Positions 1-10,473 are shown, counted from the stretch's first letter. The stretch is DNA of 64,000 nucleotides from Spirochaetia bacterium (GCA_963666985.2 CAXXIA010000002.1:1120001-1184000); one strand, 5' to 3'. The notes: generated by a model from the letters alone, not told the origin. Made by a program: numbers and translations.

Positions 1-122
1 TGCCTCTATTTACCTTGCCGCCGAAAAACACCGGCCGACCGCAAAAGCTGTCCCGGAATCGGAGAACTCAACCTCCGGGACAGCTTTTGCGCTCATTGAA
101 CAACGCCGCGCGTTGGAAAATT

Positions 123-308
123 TTATTTCATTCCCGGTTTGGCCTCGAACGCCGGGCAGTCGCGATTATTCGCCATCCGCACCTCCAGACTGGGCAGCCG
201 CCGCGATTTGATTCCGAACAATCGGCATCCTTTGGGGAAAGAAGGGTCCCAAGTAACAAAGTAATGCTTGCAGCGAGGGCAGAATGGCGGCGGACCGAAA
301 ACGTTCAC
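123..308 (-). CDS. Small 4-Cys protein, ~61 aa (family often auto-annotated 'uracil-DNA glycosylase')
   Basis: C-terminal part of ORF 123..800: CPRCKHYFVTWDPSFPKGC..FGIKS..LPS.EV....C; GTG start at 308. Confidence 0.7.
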   Translation of the reverse strand: MNVFGPPPFCPRCKHYFVTWDPSFPKGCRLFGIKSRRLPSLEVRMANNRDCPAFEAKPGMK

Positions 309-657
309 GCGGAATATTATACAACCCGATCCTTGCAATGAGATACGAAGAGAGGCAAAACGCAAAAATAATCGGTTCGAGGGAATGCGAAAACGGCTGC
401 CTTGCGGAATGAGTGCATGAATATTTATATTCCGATAAAAAATCGGGGCGAATGATGCGGCAGCGGCCGGGATTTCGGCGCCTCCTTCGGAATCCGAGTG
501 CCTGCGCCCATCGGATTCCAACACGTTCTCAAACATTGAAACCGGTTCGCCGCTCAGCGATGGCGCCGTTATTTCCCGGATGTTAACGAAAGATGATCCT
601 TGTATGTGCAAGCCGTTAGAATCTATGATGATATTAATAAAAATGAAGGAGACATGC

Positions 658-1569
658 ATGAAAATTTTTCGAATGACGACACTGCTGATCGTTCTTATTT
701 CGTTGGTTTCTCTCGCCTTTCTCGGAGGCTGCAAGAAAGAGGCCGCGCTCGGGACCGAAGAGAACCCGATCATCTGGTCCTTTGTGCCCTCCGGAGACAC
801 TCAGAAGATCTCCGCCGGAGGCAAAGAAGTCTCCGATATGATCTTTGAAAAAACCGGACTGGTTGTTGAAGCCAGCGTTGCAACCGAATATGCCGGCGTT
901 ATTGAGGCGCTCTCCTCCGATCCGCCCAGCGCCCACATGGCCTCTCTGGCCACCTTCGCCTACGTCGTGGCCGCCGATCGGGGTGTTTGTGAAGCCGCGC
1001 TGGTAAGCGTTCGATACGGCCGCCCCTTTTACGACGGTCAAATCATCGCGGGAGCCGATACCGGCATTAAAACACTGGCCGATCTTAAAGATAAATCCTT
1101 TGCCCGCCCCGACCCTCTCTCCACCTCCGGATGGATTATTCCCAGTCTGACCATGCGGGCCAACGGCATCGATCCCGATAAAGACCTGGAAGTCGTGGAC
1201 GCGGGCGGTCATACCGCCGTCGTAACCGCCGTATATAATGGCGATGTGGATGCGGGAGCCACATACGTGGATGCCAGGGGAAACCTTAAGGAAGATCACC
1301 CCGACGTTATGGAAAAGGTTAATGTCATTGAAATCTCGGCTCCCATTCCTAACGACGGCGTCCAATTCAGTCCCGCCGTTCCGGAAGAGATCAGGGAGAA
1401 AATCGTTGAGGCTCTCTTGGAAATCGCCGCCGACGAGAAGGGCGTTGAAGCTCTGAACAAGGCCTATCAGTGGACCGCCCTCGAGCGCCACGGAGACGAA
1501 TTCTACGATCCTTTCCGCCAAGTTCTGCAGGCCGCCGGCGTGGATGCCGCATCCCTGCTGGGCGACTGA
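658..1569 (+). CDS. phnD: Phosphate/phosphite/phosphonate ABC substrate-binding lipoprotein
   Basis: Lipobox LGGC; motifs FVPS, DPLSTSGWIIP, GGHTAVVTAVYNGDVDAG, PIPNDG; AAGGAG RBS before ATG 658. Confidence 0.88.
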   Translation: MKIFRMTTLLIVLISLVSLAFLGGCKKEAALGTEENPIIWSFVPSGDTQKISAGGKEVSDMIFEKTGLVVEASVATEYAGVIEALSSDPPSAHMASLATFAYVVAADRGVCEAALVSVRYGRPFYDGQIIAGADTGIKTLADLKDKSFARPDPLSTSGWIIPSLTMRANGIDPDKDLEVVDAGGHTAVVTAVYNGDVDAGATYVDARGNLKEDHPDVMEKVNVIEISAPIPNDGVQFSPAVPEEIREKIVEALLEIAADEKGVEALNKAYQWTALERHGDEFYDPFRQVLQAAGVDAASLLGD

Positions 1570-1584
1570 TTCCGAATAACGTAA

Positions 1585-1604
1585 GCGGCTCCCTCGGGAG
1601 CCGC
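1585..1604 (+). terminator. GC-rich hairpin between phnD and phnC (mRNA stabiliser or partial terminator)
   Basis: GCGGCTCCC-TC-GGGAGCCGC, 9-bp perfect stem, no U-tract. Confidence 0.5.
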
Positions 1605-1655
1605 GACTCCTCATTCAACCGTTTTGCATTAAATTTAATTCCGGGAGTTCATCCT

Positions 1656-2446
1656 GTGTTGGAATATAAAAATCTCTATAAAACCTATCCGGACGGTACC
1701 GAAGCCCTCAAAGACGTCAGCTTCGAAGTGGAAGACGGAGAATTTCTGGTCGTTATCGGACTTTCAGGTTCGGGAAATCCACACTTCTTCGATGCACCAA
1801 TCGTCTGATCAACCCGACTTCGGGACGGATTATTTGGGACGGAACGGATATCGCGTCTCTTCTTCCGAATGAGCTCCGTCCCATCCGCCGAAAAATCGGA
1901 ATGGTGTTCCAGCACTTCAACCTGGTTAAGCGTCTGAGCGTAACCAACAATGTTCTCTCGGGCCGACTGGGTTATACAAAAAACGGCTCCAGCTTGTTCT
2001 ATCGTTTTTCCGAAGAGGATAAAGAAAAAGCCGCCGCGGCTCTGAAGCGGGTTGGGTTAAGCGAACAGGCACATAAGAGAGCCAGCGAGCTTTCGGGAGG
2101 CCAGCAGCAAAGAGTGGGGATTGCCCGGGCGCTGATGCAGGAACCCAAAATTATCCTGGCCGACGAACCGGTCGCCAGTTTGGATCCGGTTCTGGCTCAT
2201 ACCATTCTCGGCGACCTGGAACGCCTGAACAAAGAAGACGGCATTACGGTTATCTGCAGTCTCCACTATTTGGACTTGGTTCAGCGGTACGCCACACGGG
2301 TTATCGGCTTAAGAGACGGCCGGGTGGTTTACCGGGGAACGGGAGAAGACATCCGCCGGATGACCGATGAAGAATTCAAGGAAATCTACGGCGAAGAAGC
2401 AAAAAGAGTCAGCGCCGGACCGACGATAACGGGGAAACCGGCATGA
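1656..2446 (+). pseudogene. phnC: Phosphonate ABC ATPase split by a 1-nt frameshift in Walker A (real lesion or sequencing error)
   Basis: First frame reads VLEYKNLYKTYPDGTEALKDVSF...GLSGSG; the shifted frame continues KSTLLRCTNRLINPTSG...MVFQHFNLV...LSGGQQQRV...ADEPVASLDP; one base is missing at ~1772-1778. Confidence 0.85.
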
Positions 2447-3954
2447 ACGATAAGATTATCAAAGAAAAAGGTGCTTCCGCGGTTTCTCCTCCCCTTGCCG
2501 CGATTCTTTCCTTCATCATCCCCGGTTTGGGGCAGACGTTCTCGGGATTTATCCGGCGCGGTATCCTGATTCTTCTTTCCGCAGGCTCCATGACGGGAAT
2601 TATGATCTGGCGCATCGTGGATCTGGGATACAGGGCCGGAGTCGGATGGCCGGTCTTCGTCCGGGCTTTCGAACGCCGACCGGTGTTCGTCTTCATTATG
2701 ATCTTCTGCATCGCGGCGGTTTGGCTCCTGTCGGTGCGCGACGCTTGGATCTGCGCCAAGGAGCGGCGCAAGCCGTTTTTCGGGGTCTTTTTGGTGGTGC
2801 TCCTGGGATTTTTCATTCAAGGCTGGCAGATCGCCGAAATCGACCCGGTCCGATTCGTTATCGAGGCTCCCGAGGCCCTGGGGCCCCTATCCCGGGTTAT
2901 TTGGCCCTGGAAGGCGGCCATAACCTTCGATGAAAGAAACGTCGCCGCGAACGCCCAAGTCCTCGACGGTGAAGGAGAAGCTCCCGTTCGGGCCCCGAAA
3001 ATCGAGGGACGGCCCTATCTGCACGTGGAACCGAACGTCGGGGCCCTCACAACTCAAGACGAAAACTACAAGCCCGTGCCGGGAACAAAGGTAACCTTGA
3101 CCGGTACGGACTTTGAACCGAATACCATCACGGAGATTTGGTGGATTGATCCGGTAAACAATAAATTCCGTCCCAGGGAAAACAAGGAATATCTCCAGGT
3201 TACAACGGATTCCGGCGGAGCCTTCACAATGGAAATGACGCTCCCCTATGTCATGGTTTCCGGCGATAAAGGAACAAACTTCATTCATACGATCGAAGCC
3301 CGGCAGACCTTTAAAATCGGCGGTCCGAAAGCTTCGGATGCTCTGAAGCAGACTCTGGCCCTGATGGTGGAAACCATCTTCATGGGCATGATGGCCACCA
3401 TGTTCGGCATCATTCTCTCCATCCCGGTGAGTTTCCTGGCGGCCCGCAACATCATGTCGGGCTCCAAAGTAACCCTCGCCATCTACTACCTGACCCGGTT
3501 CATCTTAAACGTCATCCGTTCCATCGAGCCCCTTATTTGGGCGCTCATCGCCGTGGTCTGGGTGGGATTGGGACCCTTCGCGGGAATTATCGCCTTAACC
3601 CTCCATTCGGTGGCGGCTCTGGGCAAACTCTACTCGGAAGCCATCGAAAGCATCGACCAAGGTCCCATCGAAGCCGTTGAAGCCACAGGCGCCACACGGC
3701 TGCAGGTTATCCTTTTCGGCGTGATTCCCCAGATGATCTCACCCTTCATTTCCTTTTCGATTTACAGATGGGACATCAACGTCCGTATGTCCACGGTTAT
3801 CGGCATGGTGGGCGGCGGCGGGATCGGATTTATTCTGATGCAGTACATCCGCCTGCTGGATTACCGTTCGGCGGGAATCGCCGTGTGGTTCATCGCCATT
3901 ACCGTGGCCATTCTGGACTATGTGAGTGCGGAAATTCGAAATCGGCTGATGTAG
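2443..3954 (+). CDS. phnE: Phosphonate ABC permease with N-terminal TM extension and inserted soluble domain
   Basis: C-terminal half has PhnE motifs (RSIEPLIWALI, GKLYSEAIESID.GPIEA, YRWDINVR.STVIG.VGGGGIG); 503 aa; ATGA overlap with phnC. Confidence 0.85.
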   Translation: MNDKIIKEKGASAVSPPLAAILSFIIPGLGQTFSGFIRRGILILLSAGSMTGIMIWRIVDLGYRAGVGWPVFVRAFERRPVFVFIMIFCIAAVWLLSVRDAWICAKERRKPFFGVFLVVLLGFFIQGWQIAEIDPVRFVIEAPEALGPLSRVIWPWKAAITFDERNVAANAQVLDGEGEAPVRAPKIEGRPYLHVEPNVGALTTQDENYKPVPGTKVTLTGTDFEPNTITEIWWIDPVNNKFRPRENKEYLQVTTDSGGAFTMEMTLPYVMVSGDKGTNFIHTIEARQTFKIGGPKASDALKQTLALMVETIFMGMMATMFGIILSIPVSFLAARNIMSGSKVTLAIYYLTRFILNVIRSIEPLIWALIAVVWVGLGPFAGIIALTLHSVAALGKLYSEAIESIDQGPIEAVEATGATRLQVILFGVIPQMISPFISFSIYRWDINVRMSTVIGMVGGGGIGFILMQYIRLLDYRSAGIAVWFIAITVAILDYVSAEIRNRLM

Positions 3955-4096
3955 AGCCACAAAAAAACCGCGGCGCGGCTGAACATTCGGCGGCCTCTCG
4001 GACGGAAAAACAATATTGACCGGGAATACTTCGGTTCTATGAGGTTCGCCGAACAGCCGAATCGGACAACTCCGGTTCGGCGGAATAAGTATCGCG

Positions 4097-5659
4097 CTAC
4101 TTTTTGTCCTTGCTGTAAAGCTGAAGAAGCTGGACCAGATAATAGATCTGCGTATAAACCTCCGCCATCTGTTCATCCACGGGAGTTTCGGCCCATCCTT
4201 CGATTTCCTTCCAATTGATTATAATCTCCTGGCCGCCGGCTTTATATTCCTCAAGCAGCTGCTTGATGGACTTGCCGAGAGAGATAAGATTCTGAGCCGA
4301 GGTGTTGATGATCTTCTTCGCTTCGTTATTCACCTCTTGCAGAACAGCCTTCAGATTCACAAGCGCGGATCTGTCGCGTCCCGATTGTCTGAGGATGCGC
4401 TTTAATTTCGAACCGACATTTCCATCGTCCGACAAACTCATATCGAACTCGGTCAGCTTATCGGAAAGAGACAGAAGCTGATGGTAAGACTCCGAGAACT
4501 GCTGGGAACTGATTTTCGTCGCCCATTTCCCCTGAATAAGCAGAAGATCCACAAGCACACGAACTTTACTCTTGTAATAATCCAGAAAGAAAGCTTTTAA
4601 GAAGTTAATCGGCTCCACGTACAAGTATCCGGAAACCATCTTCTTGTGATAGGTCAGATTTTCCCGTTCCGTATAATACTGAGTCCTGCTGATTGACGTT
4701 GTTCCGAAGAGTTTTGTCAGCAATCCGTCGATCTGCTTCTTTCTCCGATCTCTTAAAACTTCCTGAATCGTCAGATCGGCCGCTGTTTTAATTCTGGTGT
4801 AATAATCCTCGACAATCTCCGTATTACCGCCCGTCGGAACCAAGACCCAAGACGGATTTTCTTCAAGATGCCGGATAATCAGTTCAAAAACTCCGGTTTT
4901 TATCATCTCCTTGCGGCTCTGCATTATTTTCTTCCATGCTCCGGGAGAGATAAGGTCCATATCCCTATAAGACTTCAGCACGCCGAAGAGAACGTCCCAA
5001 TCGGCGTTGCCGTCCAGGGAATAAAAAACATCAAGAAAATCAATCAGATCGTCTTTTATGTATTCCGCGTTGATGGCTTCAAAATGCGGATTGTAGGTAA
5101 AGTCCCGGTCGGGAAGCATCGAATCGAATTTTTTCAGAAGAAAATGGAATGGGAACCGGCAGAATTCCTGAAGCCGGCTCAAGTCGTTATACAGTTTGTT
5201 GATTTTCTTTGCGGTAACGGCATCCAGGGCGGAATAAAGACGAATCAGATTTTCTTTTACCGATTCTCCAACCTCCTTAACGCTTTTACCGCTTTGAACG
5301 TTCTCTTTAATCTTCTCCGGATTCAAATCGGGAAGGCTTTCCCTCACATCCTTCGGAAGAAAGCTTTCAATGAGGGTTGTTTTGAGGAGTTCCGAATTCC
5401 CATATTTCTCCAGAAGAATATCCGCGGGACCGACCACTTTATAAATCTCGTGGAACCACTTGGCCATTCCGGGCTGAGCCAAATCGCCCTTTACACGGTA
5501 AAATTTACTGCGTTTGGAGAGTTCCTTGGCGATGTCCTTCAGCTGCCGCCGCTTCTCTTTATCCAAATCCGATGAAGAGAGAAGACCTCCGAAGAGATTT
5601 GAAAGAAATTTAAGAAAACCGGATTCGGATTTCGAGCCCTGTCCGGATGATGTAGCCAT
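4097..5659 (-). CDS. Conserved spirochaete hypothetical protein (DUF5312-like)
   Basis: 520-aa helical ORF; EKRRQLKDIAKEL and F.FHFLLKKFDS motifs recalled from Treponema-type DUF5312 proteins. Confidence 0.65.
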   Translation of the reverse strand: MATSSGQGSKSESGFLKFLSNLFGGLLSSSDLDKEKRRQLKDIAKELSKRSKFYRVKGDLAQPGMAKWFHEIYKVVGPADILLEKYGNSELLKTTLIESFLPKDVRESLPDLNPEKIKENVQSGKSVKEVGESVKENLIRLYSALDAVTAKKINKLYNDLSRLQEFCRFPFHFLLKKFDSMLPDRDFTYNPHFEAINAEYIKDDLIDFLDVFYSLDGNADWDVLFGVLKSYRDMDLISPGAWKKIMQSRKEMIKTGVFELIIRHLEENPSWVLVPTGGNTEIVEDYYTRIKTAADLTIQEVLRDRRKKQIDGLLTKLFGTTSISRTQYYTERENLTYHKKMVSGYLYVEPINFLKAFFLDYYKSKVRVLVDLLLIQGKWATKISSQQFSESYHQLLSLSDKLTEFDMSLSDDGNVGSKLKRILRQSGRDRSALVNLKAVLQEVNNEAKKIINTSAQNLISLGKSIKQLLEEYKAGGQEIIINWKEIEGWAETPVDEQMAEVYTQIYYLVQLLQLYSKDKK

Positions 5660-5778
5660 GAACTTACTCTAGGAGAGAACTCAAACCGCTGTCAACGATT
5701 ATTGCCGTTCGAACGGCTTTAATCCTTACCTATGCAGATTTTCCGAAGGACGAGGAAATCGCCGCATCCTGCCGTTCT

Positions 5779-6279
5779 TTAATGTATCAGACCTTTTGTA
5801 TCCGACGTCAAAAGCTGCCCCAAATTCTCAAGTTCTTTCATTCGCTTGAAAACCGGCAGCTTATACTTGTGCGCCAGTTTGTCCGCGGCAACGGTTCTTA
5901 TATAGAGATTATTGATTTCATCGGCAAGGATGGAAAGATTGCTGTTCAGATTTTCGAGCGCCATTTGCTCGCGAATCCGATCCATCTGAGGCATTGTTTC
6001 TCCGGAAAGATTATATTTCATCTTCGGAAGAAACTCCGTCCGCGCCTTATAGGACCACATGGAAAGTCCCAATATTCCGCGATACAGCTCGTCGAAGAGA
6101 TAACCGTTTATCCTGTAGCTTTCGGAATGCGAAAGGAGGACGTCCATTCCGGACTGGTATTCATGTTCTATCACGATCCGCGACAAGGATTTCCGAATAA
6201 AAGCATTCTGCATCATCGTATTCACATGCTCCGCGATCTTCTCAATCCGGATATTGATTTCATAATCCTGTACAGACAT
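5779..6279 (-). CDS. Hypothetical protein
   Basis: 166-aa ORF with GAGGGAG RBS, protein-like composition, fills the gap. Confidence 0.65.
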   Translation of the reverse strand: MSVQDYEINIRIEKIAEHVNTMMQNAFIRKSLSRIVIEHEYQSGMDVLLSHSESYRINGYLFDELYRGILGLSMWSYKARTEFLPKMKYNLSGETMPQMDRIREQMALENLNSNLSILADEINNLYIRTVAADKLAHKYKLPVFKRMKELENLGQLLTSDTKGLIH

Positions 6280-6366
6280 ACACTCCCTCGAATACTCATT
6301 ATAGCTTTGAATTCATACAGGTGGAACGGGATTGACTCGGAACTCGGCTCTCCATAATGTGAGTTC

Positions 6367-7581
6367 ATGCCGAATTCTCCACGCTTCCGGTCAGCCGTAT
6401 TATCGGTTTTATCGCTCTTATTCCTCATGCTCCCGACAATATCTTCATGCCATCACGGCTTCAAGAAGCTCCATATTCTAACCGACAGGAAGGAAATGGC
6501 ATCGGTTGTTGAAATGTACGGTGCCCTGAACCCCGGATTAGTCGTTACATTCCGTTATGTCGATTCCATCGACACGGAAGCAATTAAAGCGGAAAATCCC
6601 GATGTTGTTATAGGGGCCGATCTCTCGGCCCCGGAAATCACCGAAATGCTGCACGGCCGTGAAAACACGGAATCGGACGAATACCGCGGATCCCCGAACC
6701 TTACCCCGCTCTCTTTCGAATTGCCGATTATTGTCGGAACGAAAAAAACAATGGCCGCCCTGCCCGATCCGGTGACCATAAAAGCCGAAGAACTTCAACA
6801 TGCCGCCGCTTCCCTTACCGCCGCCGATAAAAACGGCCGACTGGTCCGCCTCGGCTTCTCGCCGGCCTGGAATCCCTCCACGTTCATCGATCTTCTTTTA
6901 ACCGAAGACATTGATGCTCTGGACTTCGAGTCCGGAAACGTTGATGAAGAACTCATCGGGAAGACAATGGAAAAGATTAAGCGGTGGAGGGAATCCATTC
7001 CCGGCGGCAAAGAAGCCGACTCGGCATTCGACGAAAAATACCGCTACATTCCGGATTTAAGCCTGATCTTGGAAGAGCGGATTTTTTTCGCCCGATCAAG
7101 TTTCGGCGAATGGGCGATTCTTCCCGAAGAGATGGCGAAGAAACTGGATATCCGTTATTTCAAGGGTGAACGTCATATACCGGTTATCTCGGTTGTATCC
7201 GCGGGCATCCCCCGTACTTCGAAATCCATCAAAGAAGCCGAAGAACTCATCGCCTGGCTGACCGAAGCGGACTCTCAGATTGCCCTCATCAACAGATGGG
7301 AACGTGACAATCTTGCCGTTTTCGGCTATTTCGGCGGTCTTTCATCCAACCGTGAAGTAAACGAGAAGGTTATTCCAAGTTTTTTCCCCGCGTTTCAAGG
7401 CAAAATTCCGGAAAGCCATTATTTGGCCGTGCCCGATTCCGTTCCCTGCCACTGGAAAAGAATCCGAGACGAGGTTGTGTTTCCCTGGTATAAGGCGGCA
7501 TTAACCGATTCTCCGCGCACCCCTTCCTTATCCGAGGCTTATTACAAATGGGATCTTTCGTCGCTGAAAGGAACCGACTGA
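6367..7581 (+). CDS. Extracellular solute-binding lipoprotein (sugar ABC-type, divergent)
   Basis: Signal peptide with ISSC lipobox; SBP-like C-terminus (AGIP..SK..KEAEELIAWL); directly upstream of an ABC ATPase. Confidence 0.6.
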   Translation: MPNSPRFRSAVLSVLSLLFLMLPTISSCHHGFKKLHILTDRKEMASVVEMYGALNPGLVVTFRYVDSIDTEAIKAENPDVVIGADLSAPEITEMLHGRENTESDEYRGSPNLTPLSFELPIIVGTKKTMAALPDPVTIKAEELQHAAASLTAADKNGRLVRLGFSPAWNPSTFIDLLLTEDIDALDFESGNVDEELIGKTMEKIKRWRESIPGGKEADSAFDEKYRYIPDLSLILEERIFFARSSFGEWAILPEEMAKKLDIRYFKGERHIPVISVVSAGIPRTSKSIKEAEELIAWLTEADSQIALINRWERDNLAVFGYFGGLSSNREVNEKVIPSFFPAFQGKIPESHYLAVPDSVPCHWKRIRDEVVFPWYKAALTDSPRTPSLSEAYYKWDLSSLKGTD

Positions 7582-7677
7582 TTTCAAGAGGGCCGAATCC
7601 GTGAATTTGACAGTTGTCCGGGAACACGCTACCCTGTTTCACAATAAAATAAACCCTTATAAGGGGAGGTATGCCCA

Positions 7678-8778
7678 ATGGCTGAAGTAATTCTGAAAGA
7701 CATTACCAAGATTTATGACGGTGGTGTTAAGGCGGTCGATAAGGCCAACATCGAAATCAAGGACCAGGAATTCGTGGTTCTCGTCGGACCTTCCGGCTGT
7801 GGTAAATCCACCACGCTGCGGATGATCGCGGGTTTGGAAGATATTTCCGAAGGTGATCTTTTCATCGACGGAAAAAGAATGAACGACGAAGCTCCCAAGG
7901 ACCGGGACATCGCCATGGTGTTCCAGAACTATGCTCTCTACCCGCATATGTCCGTATACGACAACATGGCTTTCGGACTGCGAATCCGCAAATTCCCCAA
8001 AGCTGAAATCGACGCGCGGGTTAAAGAAGCCGCACAGATTCTGGACATTGAGGAACTCCTCGAACGCAAGCCGAAAGCACTCTCGGGAGGCCAGAGGCAG
8101 CGCGTCGCCGTCGGACGGGCCATCGTCCGAAAGCCGAAAGTATTCCTCTTCGACGAGCCTCTTTCCAACCTCGACGCGAAACTTCGTGTCCAGATGCGCG
8201 CCGAAATTTCCTCGCTGCATACGCGTCTGCAGGCAACCATGGTTTACGTAACCCACGACCAGGTGGAAGCCATGACCATGGGAGACAAAATTGTCGTTAT
8301 GAAGAGCGGCCTCATTCAGCAAATCGGTTCGCCGCTCAAGCTTTACAACGATCCCATCAACCGTTTCGTCGCGGGATTCATGGGAACGCCTCCGATGAAC
8401 ATCGCTCCGGCGGACATTGTTGAAGAAGGCGGGAAAATCATCGCAAGAGAAGAAGGCATGAGCGTCGTTATCCCCAAGGAGAAAGAAGGAGTTCTTAAAT
8501 CCTATGTCGGCAAAAAGGTGCTCATGGGCGTCCGCGCCGAGGATCTTCTCTTTACGAAAACTCCGCAAGAGAACAATCTGAAGGCTACCGTATCGGTTAT
8601 CGAACCGCTGGGCAACGAAACCCATCTTTACATTGATACGAATGATACCCAGTTTATCGCCCGTTCGCTCCCCGAAAACGAGTTCCATGTCGGTGATGAA
8701 GTGAATTTCACCCCAAACATCAATAAAATGCAGTTCTTCGATTTCGAAACCGAACGGTCTTTGTTCTATTCCGAATAG
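7678..8778 (+). CDS. Carbohydrate ABC transporter ATPase (MsmX/UgpC/MalK family)
   Basis: GPSGCGKST, VFQNYALYPHM, LSGGQRQRVA, DEPLSNLDAKLR, C-terminal TOBE. Confidence 0.95.
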   Translation: MAEVILKDITKIYDGGVKAVDKANIEIKDQEFVVLVGPSGCGKSTTLRMIAGLEDISEGDLFIDGKRMNDEAPKDRDIAMVFQNYALYPHMSVYDNMAFGLRIRKFPKAEIDARVKEAAQILDIEELLERKPKALSGGQRQRVAVGRAIVRKPKVFLFDEPLSNLDAKLRVQMRAEISSLHTRLQATMVYVTHDQVEAMTMGDKIVVMKSGLIQQIGSPLKLYNDPINRFVAGFMGTPPMNIAPADIVEEGGKIIAREEGMSVVIPKEKEGVLKSYVGKKVLMGVRAEDLLFTKTPQENNLKATVSVIEPLGNETHLYIDTNDTQFIARSLPENEFHVGDEVNFTPNINKMQFFDFETERSLFYSE

Positions 8779-8801
8779 TCGGATTGAACAAAGAAAGTTA
8801 T

Positions 8802-8830
8802 CGGCCGTCCATTGGGCGGCCGTTTTTTTT
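8802..8830 (+). terminator. Rho-independent terminator
   Basis: CGGCCGTCC-ATT-GGGCGGCCG followed by T8. Confidence 0.85.
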
Positions 8831-8976
8831 ACGGAAGCGGCTTCAAAATCGACGATATTCGAAGGGAAACCCTTAAGAAGGCGAATTCGGGGGAACGGCC
8901 GCCGCAGATACGCTCTTGCATCATTATAAAATTGTCTTTACCCGGAATATCGGAATAATAAAACATCCATCCTTAT

Positions 8977-9005
8977 TTGACGCTTAAATTGGCCCGTGCT
9001 AGACT
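8977..9005 (+). promoter_or_regulatory. Sigma-70 promoter of the LysM lipoprotein gene
   Basis: TTGACG-17 nt-TAGACT with extended -10 TG. Confidence 0.6.
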
Positions 9006-9027
9006 CAGAAATGTTGGAGGTCCGGTC

Positions 9028-10473
9028 ATGATGATTCCACGCTTCGTGCGTCTCTTGGTATCCATTTTGTCCGTCGCAATCCTACTCTCATTCGTTGGCT
9101 GCAAAACCACCGATGAAGTGCCGGAGGAGACACCCGTCGAGGAACCCGCTGAAGAACCCGTAGAAGCTCCACAGCCGGACGTTTCGGCTCCCGAGAAACC
9201 CGAGCCGCTTTCCCAGGAAGACATTAATGCGGCCAAAGCGGCCGTTCAAAGAGCCAATCTTATGGGAGCGAATAAATATTTCCCCGGGGAATACAATGAT
9301 TTAAAGGACGCTTTGGAAGAAGCGATCGCACTGGGTGAATCGAATCCCGATGCGGCCAGAGCGGCTCTCGCCGCGGTAATCCAAAACGCGAATGCTCTTT
9401 ATGATAAAACACTCCTGGCGCGCCGCAACGAATATATGGCGAAGTATTATGCCGCGGACGCGAAACTTCTGGAAATAGAGGCCGATAAATTCGCACCGGA
9501 GAAATACGCGCAGACACAAAATCTCGCGCGTCAAACCATGGCCCTCTATGATTCGGAAGATTACGCCGGGGCACAGACCAAGGCCGATGAAACACTCGCG
9601 GCGCAGCATCGGCTCTACAATAACCTCAGCGACAATATTCGCTACGTCGGGATTCTGAAACGGGATACGGAAAATTATCTGGGTGACGCCGAAGACAATG
9701 AAGCTTTTCTGTATGCTCCGGAAGAACTCGATAAGGCCAACGGTTTTTATTTCGACGGCGTTTCCGCATTCCGCAGCTACAAACTCCAGGAAAGCGCGGA
9801 CATTCTCACCGAAGCGAAAAGACATTCGGTTCTGGCGGCCAGAACGGCCGCCGTTCGAAAGCGTCAGGCCGAAACGGACGCGCTGATGAATGAAACCCAG
9901 CATCGGATTGAATCGGCCTCAAGGCTCCGCGTGATGAATCCTGATGGAACGGTCAGCGATGCCCGTCCCTGGGACGGAGAAGAATTTATCGGGCAGAATC
10001 CTCTGGTGGACTATTCCAAGGACGTCGGAACCGTGGATATCGAAAATCCCGTTCTAAAAAATCTCGATGATCCTGTGGATGAATCGGACAATAACAGTCC
10101 CGTCGATGTTCCCATTGAGAATGAAGGAACACAGGTTAACGCCGACGAAGAAAGCACGGATTACCTTGCCTACGCCGAGAACCTCTGGGAAAAAGGCGTA
10201 ACCGCCCGAAACAATGGTCAATTCGACCTTGCTCAGGATTATTTCAGACAGGCCCAGGCCTACATTGATGCGCATGAAGCCAACGCCGTAACCAAAACTT
10301 ACACCGTTGTTTATCGAAAAATCGCCACGGACTGTCTCTGGCGAATCGCCGAAAGGGATGATGTTTTCGAGAATCCCTTCCTCTGGCCGAAAATATGGCG
10401 CGCGAACCGCCGTATTATCCAGAATCCGGATCTTATCTATCCGGGACAAATTCTGGCCATTCCTCCGAAGTAA
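9028..10473 (+). CDS. LysM peptidoglycan-binding lipoprotein with repeated DUF4398-like helical units
   Basis: Lipobox FVGC; Pro/Glu linker; three A..Y/F.P.E units; C-terminal DCLWRIA...WPKIWRAN...NPDLIYPGQIL.IP; GGAGG RBS. Confidence 0.85.
   Translation: MMIPRFVRLLVSILSVAILLSFVGCKTTDEVPEETPVEEPAEEPVEAPQPDVSAPEKPEPLSQEDINAAKAAVQRANLMGANKYFPGEYNDLKDALEEAIALGESNPDAARAALAAVIQNANALYDKTLLARRNEYMAKYYAADAKLLEIEADKFAPEKYAQTQNLARQTMALYDSEDYAGAQTKADETLAAQHRLYNNLSDNIRYVGILKRDTENYLGDAEDNEAFLYAPEELDKANGFYFDGVSAFRSYKLQESADILTEAKRHSVLAARTAAVRKRQAETDALMNETQHRIESASRLRVMNPDGTVSDARPWDGEEFIGQNPLVDYSKDVGTVDIENPVLKNLDDPVDESDNNSPVDVPIENEGTQVNADEESTDYLAYAENLWEKGVTARNNGQFDLAQDYFRQAQAYIDAHEANAVTKTYTVVYRKIATDCLWRIAERDDVFENPFLWPKIWRANRRIIQNPDLIYPGQILAIPPK

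Noticed and set aside
634..1614. 326-aa antisense ORF over phnD (similar ones over the sugar ATPase, hom, dctP and codA)
   Set aside because: Mirror frames of well-supported genes; no recognisable domains
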